64,000 bases of DNA from Gemmatimonadota bacterium (GCA_039589615.1 JBDHHA010000002.1:25190-89189), one strand, 5' to 3'. Counted from the stretch's first letter, positions 19,493 to 30,106 are shown. Numbers and translations are program-made. The notes: generated from the letters alone by a model not told the origin.

Positions 19493-21757
19493 ATGTCCAT
19501 ACATGAAAAATTTTTTTCACTAAAGTGGTGGCGCCATTCACTGGTGGCCGCGACGGTTGTGGCGCCGATGGCGGCGGGGCCGTTGTCGGCGCAACAGGAG
19601 CGCCAGGGCGCCGCTGACGACGTCACGGAGCGAATGCTCCTTGTGGCGCTTCAGGGAACAATCGTTCTGGATGGTTGGAGTGACGAACCGGGATGGCAGG
19701 CTGCTGCGCCGCTGCCCATGACCATGTATGAGCCCACGTTCCAGGGCGGGTTGACGGAGCGGACCGAGATCCGCATCACCCACGACCGTGAGTACCTGTA
19801 CGTGGCGGGTCGCTTCTTCGATTCGGATCCCACTCGCATCCGGGTGAACTCCCTTTATCGAGACCGTGCTAGCGGTGACGATGCGTTCGCCGTGCTCATC
19901 GATCCATTCGACGACAATGATACGGGGCTCTGGTTTTGGACCAACCCGGCGGGTGTCCGCGGTGATGCCATCATCAGTGGTGACGCCCAAGGGTCCATTA
20001 ACGGGAACTGGAACACACATTGGGACGTCGCTACTGTGCGGGACGACGAAGGCTGGTTTGCCGAGATGCGGATTCCGTTCACCAGTCTAGGGTTCCAGGC
20101 GCGGGACGGATTGGTCAGAATGGCCGTTTCCGTTCAACGGTACATCGCTCGCAAGAACGAGCGCCAGATCTTTCCGGCGATTCCGCCGGAGTTCAGCTAC
20201 CTACGGCCGTCCCTGGCACGGGACGCGGTGTTGGCAGATGTGGACACGCACACACCGGTGTACGCCACGCCATATTTGTTGAGCGGTGTTGCGCACAATG
20301 CGGAACTGGATGCTCTCGACGACCAGTACGTTCTGGAGGGGGAGGACACGCGTGAAGCCGGGTTAGATGTGAAGTACAATGTGACCCCCAACCTCACCGC
20401 GGACTTCACCGTCAACACGGATTTCGCTCAAGTCGAAGCCGACGATCAACAGGTCAACTTGAGCCGCTTCTCACTGTTCTTTCCCGAAAAGCGCCAGTTC
20501 TTTCAAGAGCGCTCGGGGAGCTTCGACTTCTTCACGGGCGGCAGCACACGGTTGTTCCACAGCAGGCGTATCGGGCTGCACGAGGGCGAGCCCATTCGGA
20601 TCTTGGGGGGCGCGCGACTGGTTGGGCGGGTGGGGGACTGGGACCTTGGATTTCTCGACATGCAGACGGCGCGAAGCGACGAGTTGCCTTCGGAGAACTT
20701 CGGTGTGTTGCGCCTTCGTCGCCGAGTCTTCAACCAATACTCCACCGCCGGTGGCATGGTCACGTCTCGGATCGGCGATGACGGGAGCTATAATGTCGCA
20801 TACGGGCTCGATGGCTCATTCCGAATAGCCGGAGACGACTACCTGACCGTCAAGTGGGCTCAGTCGTTCGACGACTCCATCATTGCGAGCGATGCATTTG
20901 GATTCACGACGAGCGGGCTGGTGCACGTCACGCTCAACCGGGTGCGCAATCGAGGCTTTACCTACGGTCTGAGTGGGCGCTGGTCGGGCAGGGATTATCG
21001 CCCCGAGATGGGGTTCGTGACGCGACGGGATTTCTCCGATTTCTCGTATTCGTTCTCGTACTTTCACTACCCGACCGGCGACGGTCCATTTCGACGGATC
21101 GATCCGTTTCAGCTCTTCGGATCGGTGGCGATTCGCAACAGCGACGGGAGCGTCGAATCTGCATTCATGGAGCACGACTTCGACCTCCAGTGGAAGTCGG
21201 GCGCCAGTCTGGGCCTGGACCTCGAGCTGTATTACGAGGACTTGAGGCAACCGCTGTTGCTCCCCGGAGAGAGTAGGGTCCCTGCGGGGAGCTACCGGTT
21301 TCCGCGGTTCGAGGGGGATTACAGTACGGGCCGTGGCAATCTCGTCCGCGCTGGATTCAACTGGGGCATCCAGAAATTCTACGACGGCTGGAGGGCGAAC
21401 GTCGGAGTGGGCCCGGTCTGGAATGCGTCACGATTTCTCGAGCTGAGTGCCGGTTATCAGGTCAACATCGTGCGGTTTCCTGACCGGAATGAAGGATTCG
21501 ACGCCCATCTGCTTCGACTGCGCAGCCGCGTCTCGTTGAATACAAAATTGTCGGTCAACGCCTTTGTCCAGTTCAGCAACACGGCCGACTACGGTTCCGC
21601 CAACGTGCGATTTCGGTACAACTTCCGAGAGGGCAACGATCTGTGGGTGGTGTACAACCACGGCATAAACCTGGACCGCCAACGCACGGATCCGTTCCTA
21701 CCACTCACCAACGACCGGACCATGATGGTGAAGTACACCCACACGTTTGTGCGGTGA
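19493..21757 (+). CDS. DUF5916 / CBM9-like outer-membrane-associated protein
   Basis: LDG..DE..W, W.AEMRIPF, NTDFAQVEAD, FFPEKRQFF; ATG after GGAG. Confidence 0.88.
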   Translation: MSIHEKFFSLKWWRHSLVAATVVAPMAAGPLSAQQERQGAADDVTERMLLVALQGTIVLDGWSDEPGWQAAAPLPMTMYEPTFQGGLTERTEIRITHDREYLYVAGRFFDSDPTRIRVNSLYRDRASGDDAFAVLIDPFDDNDTGLWFWTNPAGVRGDAIISGDAQGSINGNWNTHWDVATVRDDEGWFAEMRIPFTSLGFQARDGLVRMAVSVQRYIARKNERQIFPAIPPEFSYLRPSLARDAVLADVDTHTPVYATPYLLSGVAHNAELDALDDQYVLEGEDTREAGLDVKYNVTPNLTADFTVNTDFAQVEADDQQVNLSRFSLFFPEKRQFFQERSGSFDFFTGGSTRLFHSRRIGLHEGEPIRILGGARLVGRVGDWDLGFLDMQTARSDELPSENFGVLRLRRRVFNQYSTAGGMVTSRIGDDGSYNVAYGLDGSFRIAGDDYLTVKWAQSFDDSIIASDAFGFTTSGLVHVTLNRVRNRGFTYGLSGRWSGRDYRPEMGFVTRRDFSDFSYSFSYFHYPTGDGPFRRIDPFQLFGSVAIRNSDGSVESAFMEHDFDLQWKSGASLGLDLELYYEDLRQPLLLPGESRVPAGSYRFPRFEGDYSTGRGNLVRAGFNWGIQKFYDGWRANVGVGPVWNASRFLELSAGYQVNIVRFPDRNEGFDAHLLRLRSRVSLNTKLSVNAFVQFSNTADYGSANVRFRYNFREGNDLWVVYNHGINLDRQRTDPFLPLTNDRTMMVKYTHTFVR

Positions 21758-21765
21758 GCGGCGCC

Positions 21766-23010
21766 TCAGGGTTTGACCAGCCGGTAGAATTCGATCCGTT
21801 CGATCTGCAGCTCGTCCAACGCACTGCCGAGGACGTAGTCGGCACCGATGTCGAGCACCGTCAGCCCGTACGGCACCTCGACTGAGCCGAGCATGCGGCC
21901 GTCGGGATCGAACACGTCCCATGTGTCACAAGGCTCGCCGGGGCGCTGGTACCGTCTTACCCAGAGGTGGTTCTGGATATCCGCCACGAGGTCGTCGTAT
22001 GGAGCGATGAATTCGGGCGGGTTCTGGCCCTGAAACACCGCGGCCATGTGGAGGTTGGCATCGTCCCACCCCGCTTCGAGCTCGGCGACGCGGTTTGCCA
22101 GGTCGGATCCGCGGGTCCGGCGCGGCTCGTACGCCGCGTTGCGAATCGACTTCACCCAATTCCCGTCCCGATCGTAACCGCGCAGCTCGTACGCCTCCCC
22201 GGTTCCGACCCACAGTGTCGATCCCGTGCCGGCCATGACGGTGCGCTTGCCGAACAGGTACCACTGTACGTGTGGGTGGTCTACATCGTAGCTGCTCCAG
22301 TTCTCGTCGTCGGGGAACGTCCCCAGCGTTCCCCATTCGGCACCGTCCGTGCCGAAGCGCCCAAACTCCCTGGTGCGCCGCACCACGGCGTCGAGGGGCA
22401 GTTCGGCTCCCGGTCCGGGATAGAGGGTCCGCATGTCGCTGGCGAGCAGCGTGCCGTCAGGGAAGAACAACTTGGCTTGATAGCCCATGCCGTTCGGCGT
22501 GGTCGTTCTGCTGAAGTTGCCGTCGCGGTCGAACACCGAGATGCGCCGGCCCCTCCGGTCCCAAGCGATGATGGAGTCGGAGCCGTACCGGGCGACGAGC
22601 TCGAGCATTCGGAACTCACCTGGCCCCTCGCCCTTGCCGCCCACCGCCTCGAGGAATCCGCCGCGCTCGTCGAAGAAGCGAATCTCCGACGTCCCGTTGT
22701 CTCCCACCACGATCCGGCCGTCGGGGAGTCGAAAGGCACTGTTGGCCTGGAAGAGCACCTGTCCGGGCTCCTCATCCGACCCTCCAATGACCGTCCCGGG
22801 ACCGTCGGCCAGCCGCCACTCCTCGCCTGGGCCCCAAGCGGCGGAGTGGGTCTCGACTATGGTGATTCCCGCGCTGTCCCGCACGGTGTTGGTCCCCTCG
22901 GACCCTCCGGCAGAACCGCAGGCGAGGTTCACGGTCATCCACAGGGCACAGCATCCGGCTGTCACGTGTCGCTCAAACGAACTCTTCATTATCCCGCGAG
23001 GGACGTCCAT
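21766..23010 (-). CDS. 6-bladed beta-propeller lipoprotein
   Basis: LAC lipobox, VRDSAGITIVE, GGKGEGPGEF, WDVFDPDG; start approximate. Confidence 0.85.
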   Translation of the reverse strand: MDVPRGIMKSSFERHVTAGCCALWMTVNLACGSAGGSEGTNTVRDSAGITIVETHSAAWGPGEEWRLADGPGTVIGGSDEEPGQVLFQANSAFRLPDGRIVVGDNGTSEIRFFDERGGFLEAVGGKGEGPGEFRMLELVARYGSDSIIAWDRRGRRISVFDRDGNFSRTTTPNGMGYQAKLFFPDGTLLASDMRTLYPGPGAELPLDAVVRRTREFGRFGTDGAEWGTLGTFPDDENWSSYDVDHPHVQWYLFGKRTVMAGTGSTLWVGTGEAYELRGYDRDGNWVKSIRNAAYEPRRTRGSDLANRVAELEAGWDDANLHMAAVFQGQNPPEFIAPYDDLVADIQNHLWVRRYQRPGEPCDTWDVFDPDGRMLGSVEVPYGLTVLDIGADYVLGSALDELQIERIEFYRLVKP

Positions 23011-23212
23011 TGCTCGATTCCTTTAATGACCTGGGACGGCGGTGTCTCCCGAAGGCCCGGCATCGCAGGGAGCGTGCCGGAACCGGCAACGTCACATAAG
23101 TCATTCTATTTCAATTTGTTATGGAGATATGAAAACGGGCCGCTACTTGGCTCATCCGGTTCGGATGTGGGATTGCGATCCCCCAAACGGATTGCTTCGG
23201 GCTTGCGGTAGA

Positions 23213-23248
23213 TATAATAAGTGATAGCTTATATAAGCTATGAGTTAT
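23213..23248 (+). promoter_or_regulatory. -10 box and ArsR operator overlapping start codon
   Basis: TATAAT at 23213; perfect palindrome ATAGCTTATATAAGCTAT 23224-23241. Confidence 0.7.
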
Positions 23249-23557
23249 GAATTGGCCCTGGAAGCCCTGGCCGACCCAACCCGCCGTGCCCTTTTCGAGC
23301 GCATCGGCAAATCGCCCAGCTCGGTGGGGGAGCTGGCCGGGGCCTTCCCCATCAGCCAGCCGGCGGTGTCCCAGCACCTTCGTGTTCTCCGGGAGGCGGA
23401 TCTCGTCCAGGTGCGGCGGGAGGGCACCCGGCGCATCTACACCGTGAGCCGGAAGGGGCTGGAGGCACTCAGGGCATATGTCGAGTCGTTCTGGAGTGAC
23501 GTGCTGGCGGCGTTTGCCGATGGCGCGTCTCAATCACCCGAAGGAGCAGCGCAATGA
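23240..23557 (+). CDS. ArsR/SmtB family regulator
   Basis: ALADPTRR, SQPAVSQHLRVL, GTRRIY; no Cys. Confidence 0.93.
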   Translation: MSYELALEALADPTRRALFERIGKSPSSVGELAGAFPISQPAVSQHLRVLREADLVQVRREGTRRIYTVSRKGLEALRAYVESFWSDVLAAFADGASQSPEGAAQ

Positions 23558-24009
23558 CCCAGCAACACATCGAGAACTCTCTCCCGCCCCTGGTGAAGGC
23601 CGTGACGGTACCGCTATCGGTGGATCAGGCGTTTTCCCGTTTCACCGAGCGGATGGCCGCGTGGTGGCCTTTGGAGACCCACTCCGTCGGCGAGCAAGAC
23701 GCGGACACGGTGACCTTCGAGACCTGCGCGGGCGGACGGATTGTCGAGACGCTGAAAAGTGGGGACACGTCGGTGTGGGGGACCGTCCAGGAGTGGGAGC
23801 CGCCCAGGCGGGTGGTGTTCACGTGGCACCCGGGCCGCGACCCGAGCAGTGCGCAACAGGTCGAGGTGCAGTTCAACGAAGGGGACGGTGTAACGGAGGT
23901 GGTGCTGACGCACCGGGGGTGGGAGACCTTCGGCGACGAGGCGCAGCAGATGTGGAACGGCTACGACAAGGGGTGGAGCCACGTGTTGGGCCGTTTCATG
24001 GGAGAGTAG
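23554..24009 (+). CDS. SRPBCC/AHSA1 domain protein
   Basis: AFSRFT..M..WWP, WEPPRRVVFTW, LTHRGW, GW..VL; ATGA-coupled to ArsR. Confidence 0.9.
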   Translation: MTQQHIENSLPPLVKAVTVPLSVDQAFSRFTERMAAWWPLETHSVGEQDADTVTFETCAGGRIVETLKSGDTSVWGTVQEWEPPRRVVFTWHPGRDPSSAQQVEVQFNEGDGVTEVVLTHRGWETFGDEAQQMWNGYDKGWSHVLGRFMGE

Positions 24010-24105
24010 TGTGTAACGGCTTCTTCATGGTGCAGGGCGCCGTTGGCCTCGCGGGGACTCCGTCCTATTCTTAGTCATTCCTGCCACGACGAAGATGGAG
24101 TCCCC

Positions 24106-26862
24106 ATGAAACGCAAATTCCAAGTCATTGCCATCGCGGCATTGTTCATCATTCCCTGGGGCGCCAGTGCCCAGGACAAGCCAGTCGTACAACCCGCCGA
24201 CTACGGTCAGTGGGAATCACTCGGCGCGCCGACGTTGTCATCGGATGGCGGTTGGCTGGCCTATCTCGTCCGTCGAGTGAACGAAGAAAACGAACTGCGC
24301 ATTCGTAACCTCGGCCGGGACTCCACGCGTGTCGTGGCGTACGGTACTGCACCACGCTTCGCGAACAATTCCCGATGGCTGGCGTACGCTGTCGGCGTGT
24401 CGTCCGACGAGCGGGAACGCCTCACGTCTCAGGAAGAACCCGTTCGGAACAAGCTGGAGATTCTGAATCTCGCCTCCGGGGAAGAGCTGGTGATCGAGGA
24501 TATTGCGTCGTTCTCCTTCAGCGAGGACGGGGCGTATCTCGCGGCGCGGGGATACCCACCGGAGGGTGGCCCGCGTGGCGTGGCCGACCTTCTCATCCGG
24601 GACCTGGAGGGTGGCACGACGTCGAACTTCGGCAACGTGTCGTCGTATGCCTGGTCCGACATCGGGTCGGTCCTGGCGATGACCATCACCACGGAGACCG
24701 GCACGGGCAATGGCGTCCACGTCTACGATCCGGCAACGGCGTCCCTGCGCGTTCTCGAGTCGTCTACGGCGACCTATCGTGGCTTGGCCTGGCGCGAGGA
24801 CGAGAACGACCTCGCCGTGTTGCGCAGCGTGGAGGACGAGGGTTTCGATGAGGACACGCACGTCATCCTCCTGTGGACGGACATCGGATCGAGCCGTCAG
24901 GCCGAGCAGGTCTTCGATCCTTCGGAGGCAGCAGAGTTCCCCGAGGCGATCCGGATTGCCGAACAGCGGAACCTGGAATGGGCGGACGATGGATCCGCGC
25001 TGTACTTCGGTCTACGGCCTCGGGAGAAATCGCCCGAGGAAGAGCCGGAGGAAGAGACCACCGAAGCAGATACGACGGATACGGCGCCGGACACCAAGGA
25101 GGAAGAGCAATCCGACGTGCAGATCTGGCATGCAGCGGACTACCGCATCATGCCGATGCAGCGGGCCCAGGAGCAACGAGATCTACAGCGGACGATGTTG
25201 GCTGTGTGGCACATCGATTCGGGTCGTTTCGTCCAGGTTGGCACCGATTTAATGGAGACGACCCGGATCGTGCCGGGCGACCGCTTCGCGACGGAGACGG
25301 AGAACGAACTCTATGCGTTCGAAACGATGTTCGGACGTACCTACAACGACATCCATCTGGTAGATCTGCAGAGTGGTGAGCGGAGGATGGTCATCCCTCG
25401 CGTGCGGCACTTCTACGGGGGAAGCCCCGAAGGGCGCTACCTCCTGTATTTCAAGGGCAGGGACTTCTGGCTGTACGATCTCGCGGCGGATGAACATCGG
25501 AAGCTCACGGAGAACGTGCCCACCGTGTTTGCCAACGTCGATTATGACTACCCGGTTGAACAGTATCCACCGAGGGGGTTGGCGGGATGGACGGCGGGAG
25601 ACCGCTCCCTCCTCGTGTACGACAAGTACGACATCTGGTCCTTGGAGCCGGACGGTTCCAACGCCCGGCGACTCACGGACGGTGCCGACGAGCAGGTAAT
25701 CCACCGCTACCTGCGGCTGGACCGGGAGGCGGAGAGTATCGATCCCGACGAGCCCCTCTATCTGCGTCTCTCGGGCGAATGGACCAAGAAGACCGGCTTC
25801 TCCAGGATGCGCATCGGCCGCACGCCGGAGCGACTGGTGTTCGAAGACCGGTTCGTAGGTGGGCTGACTCGAGCCGAGAACGCGGACGTGTTCGTCTATG
25901 GCAAGCAGAGCTTTGACGACTCGCCGGACTACTTCACGGCGGGGCCCGATCTCGCCCAGGCCACACAGGTCACCGAGTCGAATCCGTTTCAGCAAGACTT
26001 CGCGTGGGGCCGCTCCGAACTGGTGGATTTCGAGAGTACCACCGGTCGGAAGCTTCAGGCGGCGTTGCTGTATCCGCCGAACTACGACGCCTCCAGGCAG
26101 TACCCGATGATCGTGTACACCTACGAGATCCTCTCCTCGAGCGTCCACCGGTACGTGGCGCCTTCCGAGCGGAGTTACTACAACAATGCGGTGTTTACCA
26201 ACAACGGCTACTTCGTTCTGCTGCCGGATATCGTCTACCGCGGACGGGATCCCGGTCGGTCCGCTGTCGAGGCGGTGGAAGGTGCGGTGAAGGCGATCGT
26301 GGATCGAGGTATTGTCGATCCCGAGCGTGTTGGGCTGGTGGGGCACTCCTGGGGCGGATACCAGGCCACATACATTCCCACGCAAACCGATATCTTCGCA
26401 GCGTCGGTTGCCGGAGCGCCGATCACCAACTTCCTCAGTTTCATGGGGGCGATCCACTGGCGACCGGGCCTACCGGAGACCGGACACTGGGAAACCGGAC
26501 AGGCGCGGATGGGGGTCCCGTTTTGGGAGGACTTCGACGCCCACGTCCGCAATTCGCCGGCGGCGTTCGTCCACGAGCTCAACACGCCGATGATGATGAT
26601 GTTCGGGGACGACGACGGGACCGTCGATTGGCGCCAGGGCCAGGAGTTCTACAACTATGCGCGCCGGGCCGGCAAGACGGATTTCGTGCTGCTCGTGTAC
26701 CCCGGTGAGGACCATGGACTGCGGCAGAAGCAAAACCAGATCGACTACCAGCGGCGCATCCTCCAGTGGTTCGGACACTATCTGAAAGGTGAGCCGGCGC
26801 CGGAGTGGATGACGGACGGGGTCAGTTGGTTGGAGCGCAAGAGGATGTTGGAGGGCAACTAG
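24106..26862 (+). CDS. S9 family peptidase with N-terminal propeller, secreted
   Basis: Signal peptide, GHSWGG, DDGTV, EDHG. Confidence 0.92.
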   Translation: MKRKFQVIAIAALFIIPWGASAQDKPVVQPADYGQWESLGAPTLSSDGGWLAYLVRRVNEENELRIRNLGRDSTRVVAYGTAPRFANNSRWLAYAVGVSSDERERLTSQEEPVRNKLEILNLASGEELVIEDIASFSFSEDGAYLAARGYPPEGGPRGVADLLIRDLEGGTTSNFGNVSSYAWSDIGSVLAMTITTETGTGNGVHVYDPATASLRVLESSTATYRGLAWREDENDLAVLRSVEDEGFDEDTHVILLWTDIGSSRQAEQVFDPSEAAEFPEAIRIAEQRNLEWADDGSALYFGLRPREKSPEEEPEEETTEADTTDTAPDTKEEEQSDVQIWHAADYRIMPMQRAQEQRDLQRTMLAVWHIDSGRFVQVGTDLMETTRIVPGDRFATETENELYAFETMFGRTYNDIHLVDLQSGERRMVIPRVRHFYGGSPEGRYLLYFKGRDFWLYDLAADEHRKLTENVPTVFANVDYDYPVEQYPPRGLAGWTAGDRSLLVYDKYDIWSLEPDGSNARRLTDGADEQVIHRYLRLDREAESIDPDEPLYLRLSGEWTKKTGFSRMRIGRTPERLVFEDRFVGGLTRAENADVFVYGKQSFDDSPDYFTAGPDLAQATQVTESNPFQQDFAWGRSELVDFESTTGRKLQAALLYPPNYDASRQYPMIVYTYEILSSSVHRYVAPSERSYYNNAVFTNNGYFVLLPDIVYRGRDPGRSAVEAVEGAVKAIVDRGIVDPERVGLVGHSWGGYQATYIPTQTDIFAASVAGAPITNFLSFMGAIHWRPGLPETGHWETGQARMGVPFWEDFDAHVRNSPAAFVHELNTPMMMMFGDDDGTVDWRQGQEFYNYARRAGKTDFVLLVYPGEDHGLRQKQNQIDYQRRILQWFGHYLKGEPAPEWMTDGVSWLERKRMLEGN

Positions 26863-26869
26863 CCCCGCC

Positions 26870-28456
26870 ATGCGCCGCCCGAGCACGTCGTTCTCGATGA
26901 ATACCGATAGCCTCCCGGCGGAGATGTTGCGGGAGGCCAGCGATCGCATGGCGGTGTTGGCGTTGGTCTATGCGGTCGTCTACTTCACCGGCGCGTTTCT
27001 GATTCCCGTTCCCCCCGAGTTCGCCGAGCACGCGGGCCGGTTATGGGTGCGCGTCGCCAACGGGGCGTTCATCGCGTTGGCGCTGGTCTTCTTCACTGCG
27101 TTGCGAGCCGGGTGGGTCAGCCCCACGCACCTGCTGGTTTCCGGCTTCGTATTCGAGCTCGTCGGCGCGGTGGGCATTGAATGGGGGTTGCTGGCCTGGG
27201 AGTTTCTCGACGCCAGTATGCTCTCCTTGCCGTGGACCGCCTGGACCCCGGTGTGGATCGTCGTGTTCCCGCTGATTGCACCATCCTCGCCGTGGAAGGC
27301 CTTTTGGGCTGCCACCGCGGCGGCGTCGGCTCGGCCGGCGATGCTCGGGATCATCGCGCTGCAGGGTGCGCAGCTGCCGCCACTCACCAACCTCATCTCC
27401 TTCATCGCGCCGCCCTACATCTGTGTGGGGATCGCCATGGTGGCGGCCCACGTGGTGTATGGCTTGGGGCGGGACGTCGCCAAGGCGCGTCACATGGGGA
27501 GCTACCAACTCACCGAGAAGTTGGGTGTGGGGGGCATGGGTGAGGTGTGGAAAGCAAGCCACAGGCTTTTGGCCCGAGCGGCGGCGATCAAGCTCATCCG
27601 GAGCAAGGAGACCGATGGGAGGCTCGGGGCCACCCGACTTCGGCGGTTCGAGCGGGAGGTGCAGGCGACGGCGAACCTCCGGTCGCCTCACACCATCGAG
27701 GTGTACGACTACGGCCATGCCAGCGATGGAACTTTCTACTACGTGATGGAGCTGTTGGACGGGCTCGACCTCAGTCGGCTGGTCAATGAACACGGTACCC
27801 TGCCGCCGGGACGCGTGATCCACATCCTCCGGCAAGCGTGTCACTCCTTGGGGGAGGCGCACGAACAGGGGTTTGTGCACCGGGACATCAAGCCGGCCAA
27901 CATCTTCCTCTGTCGCCAGGGAAGGGATGTGGATGTCGTGAAGGTGTTGGACTTCGGTCTCGTCAAAGACGAGCACTTCGAAGCCGCCGATCAGCATCTG
28001 ACGGTCGAAGGATCGTTCTACGGCACACCGGCCTACGCCTCTCCGGAGGCGGCGCAGGGCCAACTCGATCGGATCGACGGACGCAGCGATCTGTACTCGC
28101 TGGGGTGCGTGGGGTACTGGCTCCTCACAGGCAGGCCCGTGTTCGAAGCCGCCACACCCGTCGAGATTCTGGTGCGCCACACGAAGGCGATGCCCGACCC
28201 ACCGTCGCGCCACGTGGGGGGGGACGGTTTTCCCGAGGGCTTGGATCGATTGATTCTGGATCTACTGGAGAAGGACCAGTCGGTCCGTATCGGCTCGGCC
28301 GATGCCCTCGATGCCCGCCTCCAGGAGCTACAGGCCACGATACCCTGGCCCAAGGAGGAGGCGGTCCGTTGGTGGAAGCGTCATCGGCCCGTCGTGCCGA
28401 CGACGCCTACCGAGGAGAGTCCACACCAGCCGCCGACGATGTTGAGCGTCGAATAG
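26870..28456 (+). CDS. Membrane-anchored Hanks-type Ser/Thr protein kinase
   Basis: N-terminal TM helices; GVGGMGEVW, AAIK, HRDIKPAN, DFG, SPE. Confidence 0.93.
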   Translation: MRRPSTSFSMNTDSLPAEMLREASDRMAVLALVYAVVYFTGAFLIPVPPEFAEHAGRLWVRVANGAFIALALVFFTALRAGWVSPTHLLVSGFVFELVGAVGIEWGLLAWEFLDASMLSLPWTAWTPVWIVVFPLIAPSSPWKAFWAATAAASARPAMLGIIALQGAQLPPLTNLISFIAPPYICVGIAMVAAHVVYGLGRDVAKARHMGSYQLTEKLGVGGMGEVWKASHRLLARAAAIKLIRSKETDGRLGATRLRRFEREVQATANLRSPHTIEVYDYGHASDGTFYYVMELLDGLDLSRLVNEHGTLPPGRVIHILRQACHSLGEAHEQGFVHRDIKPANIFLCRQGRDVDVVKVLDFGLVKDEHFEAADQHLTVEGSFYGTPAYASPEAAQGQLDRIDGRSDLYSLGCVGYWLLTGRPVFEAATPVEILVRHTKAMPDPPSRHVGGDGFPEGLDRLILDLLEKDQSVRIGSADALDARLQELQATIPWPKEEAVRWWKRHRPVVPTTPTEESPHQPPTMLSVE

Positions 28457-28476
28457 GAGACGCTTGCCTCACGTTG

Positions 28477-29367
28477 CTACCACGTGGTGGAGAAGTTCAC
28501 GATCGGTAGGAATCCCCCTTCACTGGTCGTCGCCGCGGCGACCTCCACCGTGATGCGGCTGCTGATGATGCGCAGGCCGAGGCTCCAGATCGACTCCTCC
28601 TCGCCGGGGGCGAACCAGTTCTCGGTGATGAGCTTCAGGTTCCTGGCAGCCCGCAGTTCTCCTCCCAACATGAGGAGTTGCTGCTCCAAAAAGCCGTCCT
28701 CCGACGAGAACGGGAACGCCAGGCCGCCGGAGAATGCCGCCCGCGCGGTGCCGGCCGTGACGCCGCTGTAGACCATGCCGAAGCTCTCATCGGAGGTACC
28801 GGTCTTGGCCCAGAATAGGCCCACCGCGCCCTGGACGTACTCGGTGTTGAACACCTGGGCCTTCGGCGCGATGTAGAAGACTTGTTCGTCGAGAGAGACT
28901 CCGGGGAGCACGGAGAACCCGCCTGAGATCATCCCGATCTTGCCCAGCCCGACGCCGAACGAGGGAATGACCAGCTCGTAGACCCCGAAGTACCCGTGCC
29001 CATGGCCCGGAACCCGCCCCGTGGGGGCCAGGAACAACCGGCTGTCGCTGGGATCTGCGGGCCAGAATTCACCCCGGTAGCGCTGGCCGCGGACGATGCG
29101 GATGCCCTTCACGTCGCGGCGTTGGAAGTCGATGTCGAATCCGCCCAAGGTGCGAAACGCGATGGCGGTTCCCTCGACACCCACGATACGGCCGAGGAGC
29201 TTCGTGCCGTCCATCAGCTCGACCTGCTGGACAGCGGTCGTGTCGGCGAGGACTCTCAGACCGTCCGAAACCGGCTGCTGCGCCGCTGCGGGACTGGCGG
29301 CCCACGATGTGGCGGCGGCTATGGTGATGGCCAGGGAGACAGCTCGCCAAGATTTCACAGTGTTCAT
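28477..29367 (-). CDS. Secreted hypothetical protein, probable outer-membrane beta-barrel
   Basis: Signal peptide AAAQQ; RLFLAPTGR; amphipathic strands; terminal Trp. Confidence 0.75.
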   Translation of the reverse strand: MNTVKSWRAVSLAITIAAATSWAASPAAAQQPVSDGLRVLADTTAVQQVELMDGTKLLGRIVGVEGTAIAFRTLGGFDIDFQRRDVKGIRIVRGQRYRGEFWPADPSDSRLFLAPTGRVPGHGHGYFGVYELVIPSFGVGLGKIGMISGGFSVLPGVSLDEQVFYIAPKAQVFNTEYVQGAVGLFWAKTGTSDESFGMVYSGVTAGTARAAFSGGLAFPFSSEDGFLEQQLLMLGGELRAARNLKLITENWFAPGEEESIWSLGLRIISSRITVEVAAATTSEGGFLPIVNFSTTW

Positions 29368-29405
29368 GCAATCCTGCCTTTGAGAACCGTTCATGTCTTC
29401 ATCGG

Positions 29406-30020
29406 TTAGAACGCAAACGACCCCGCGATACCCCCCCCCTCCCGGGTCCAGACCGGACGAATTCGCAACGCCCCGATCCCGACGGGGCGGATCCTCCTTG
29501 GTGGCCGTTGCGGTTGGGAGCGTACGCCGCGCTCGACCGCGACCATGCCCGCGAGTTGGACGATCGGGAGTGCCACCAGCCAGCCGTCGGGGGTTTCACT
29601 GGACATCAGGACCAATGTTCCAGCTCCCGACACCACGGCCCCGACCAGCAAATCGGCGACGAAACTGCCTTGTCTCTTGTTTCCCAGGTGCACACCCAAG
29701 GCCATGCCGAGCGTCGCCCCTGTGACGCTGCCATAGAAAGCTCCCGCCATCTCACACTCGTAGCAGTCGACGGCACTTGCTCCGATCAGCCCTCCGAGCA
29801 GGAGACCCGCCGCTCCCAAGGCGATCCCACCCCCGACAGTCGCCCCCAGCGAACCGGGTGGAGCGTGTGTCTGGGAAGGGAGGTGGTTGCCTGTGAAGTC
29901 CGTCCTGTCCCGGGACAGATGCTGGGCGACTGCAGGACGGGGGATGCAGGCCAGGGCGGCGACCGCGACGGTCGCGAAGGCTGACAGGCTGTAAGGGCCG
30001 CGGATTCTCATGAAAAGCAT
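29406..30020 (-). CDS. Hypothetical signal-peptide/Gly-rich membrane protein
   Basis: AVAQ cleavage site, glycine-zipper-like hydrophobic segments, CYEC, terminal Phe. Confidence 0.7.
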   Translation of the reverse strand: MLFMRIRGPYSLSAFATVAVAALACIPRPAVAQHLSRDRTDFTGNHLPSQTHAPPGSLGATVGGGIALGAAGLLLGGLIGASAVDCYECEMAGAFYGSVTGATLGMALGVHLGNKRQGSFVADLLVGAVVSGAGTLVLMSSETPDGWLVALPIVQLAGMVAVERGVRSQPQRPPRRIRPVGIGALRIRPVWTREGGGIAGSFAF

Positions 30021-30032
30021 CGCACCTGAGTC

Positions 30033-30085
30033 TATAGCGTTGACGCTATAATAATATAGCCTATAGCTAATATTGTCAATATAGC
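30033..30085. promoter_or_regulatory. Divergent control region with perfect TATAGCGT-tg-ACGCTATA operator and minus-strand promoter
   Basis: Palindrome 30033-30050; minus strand TTGACA-N17-TATTAT; further TATAGC/GCTA half sites. Confidence 0.8.
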
Positions 30086-30106
30086 CGTCCCGCCATATAT
30101 TTCAGC

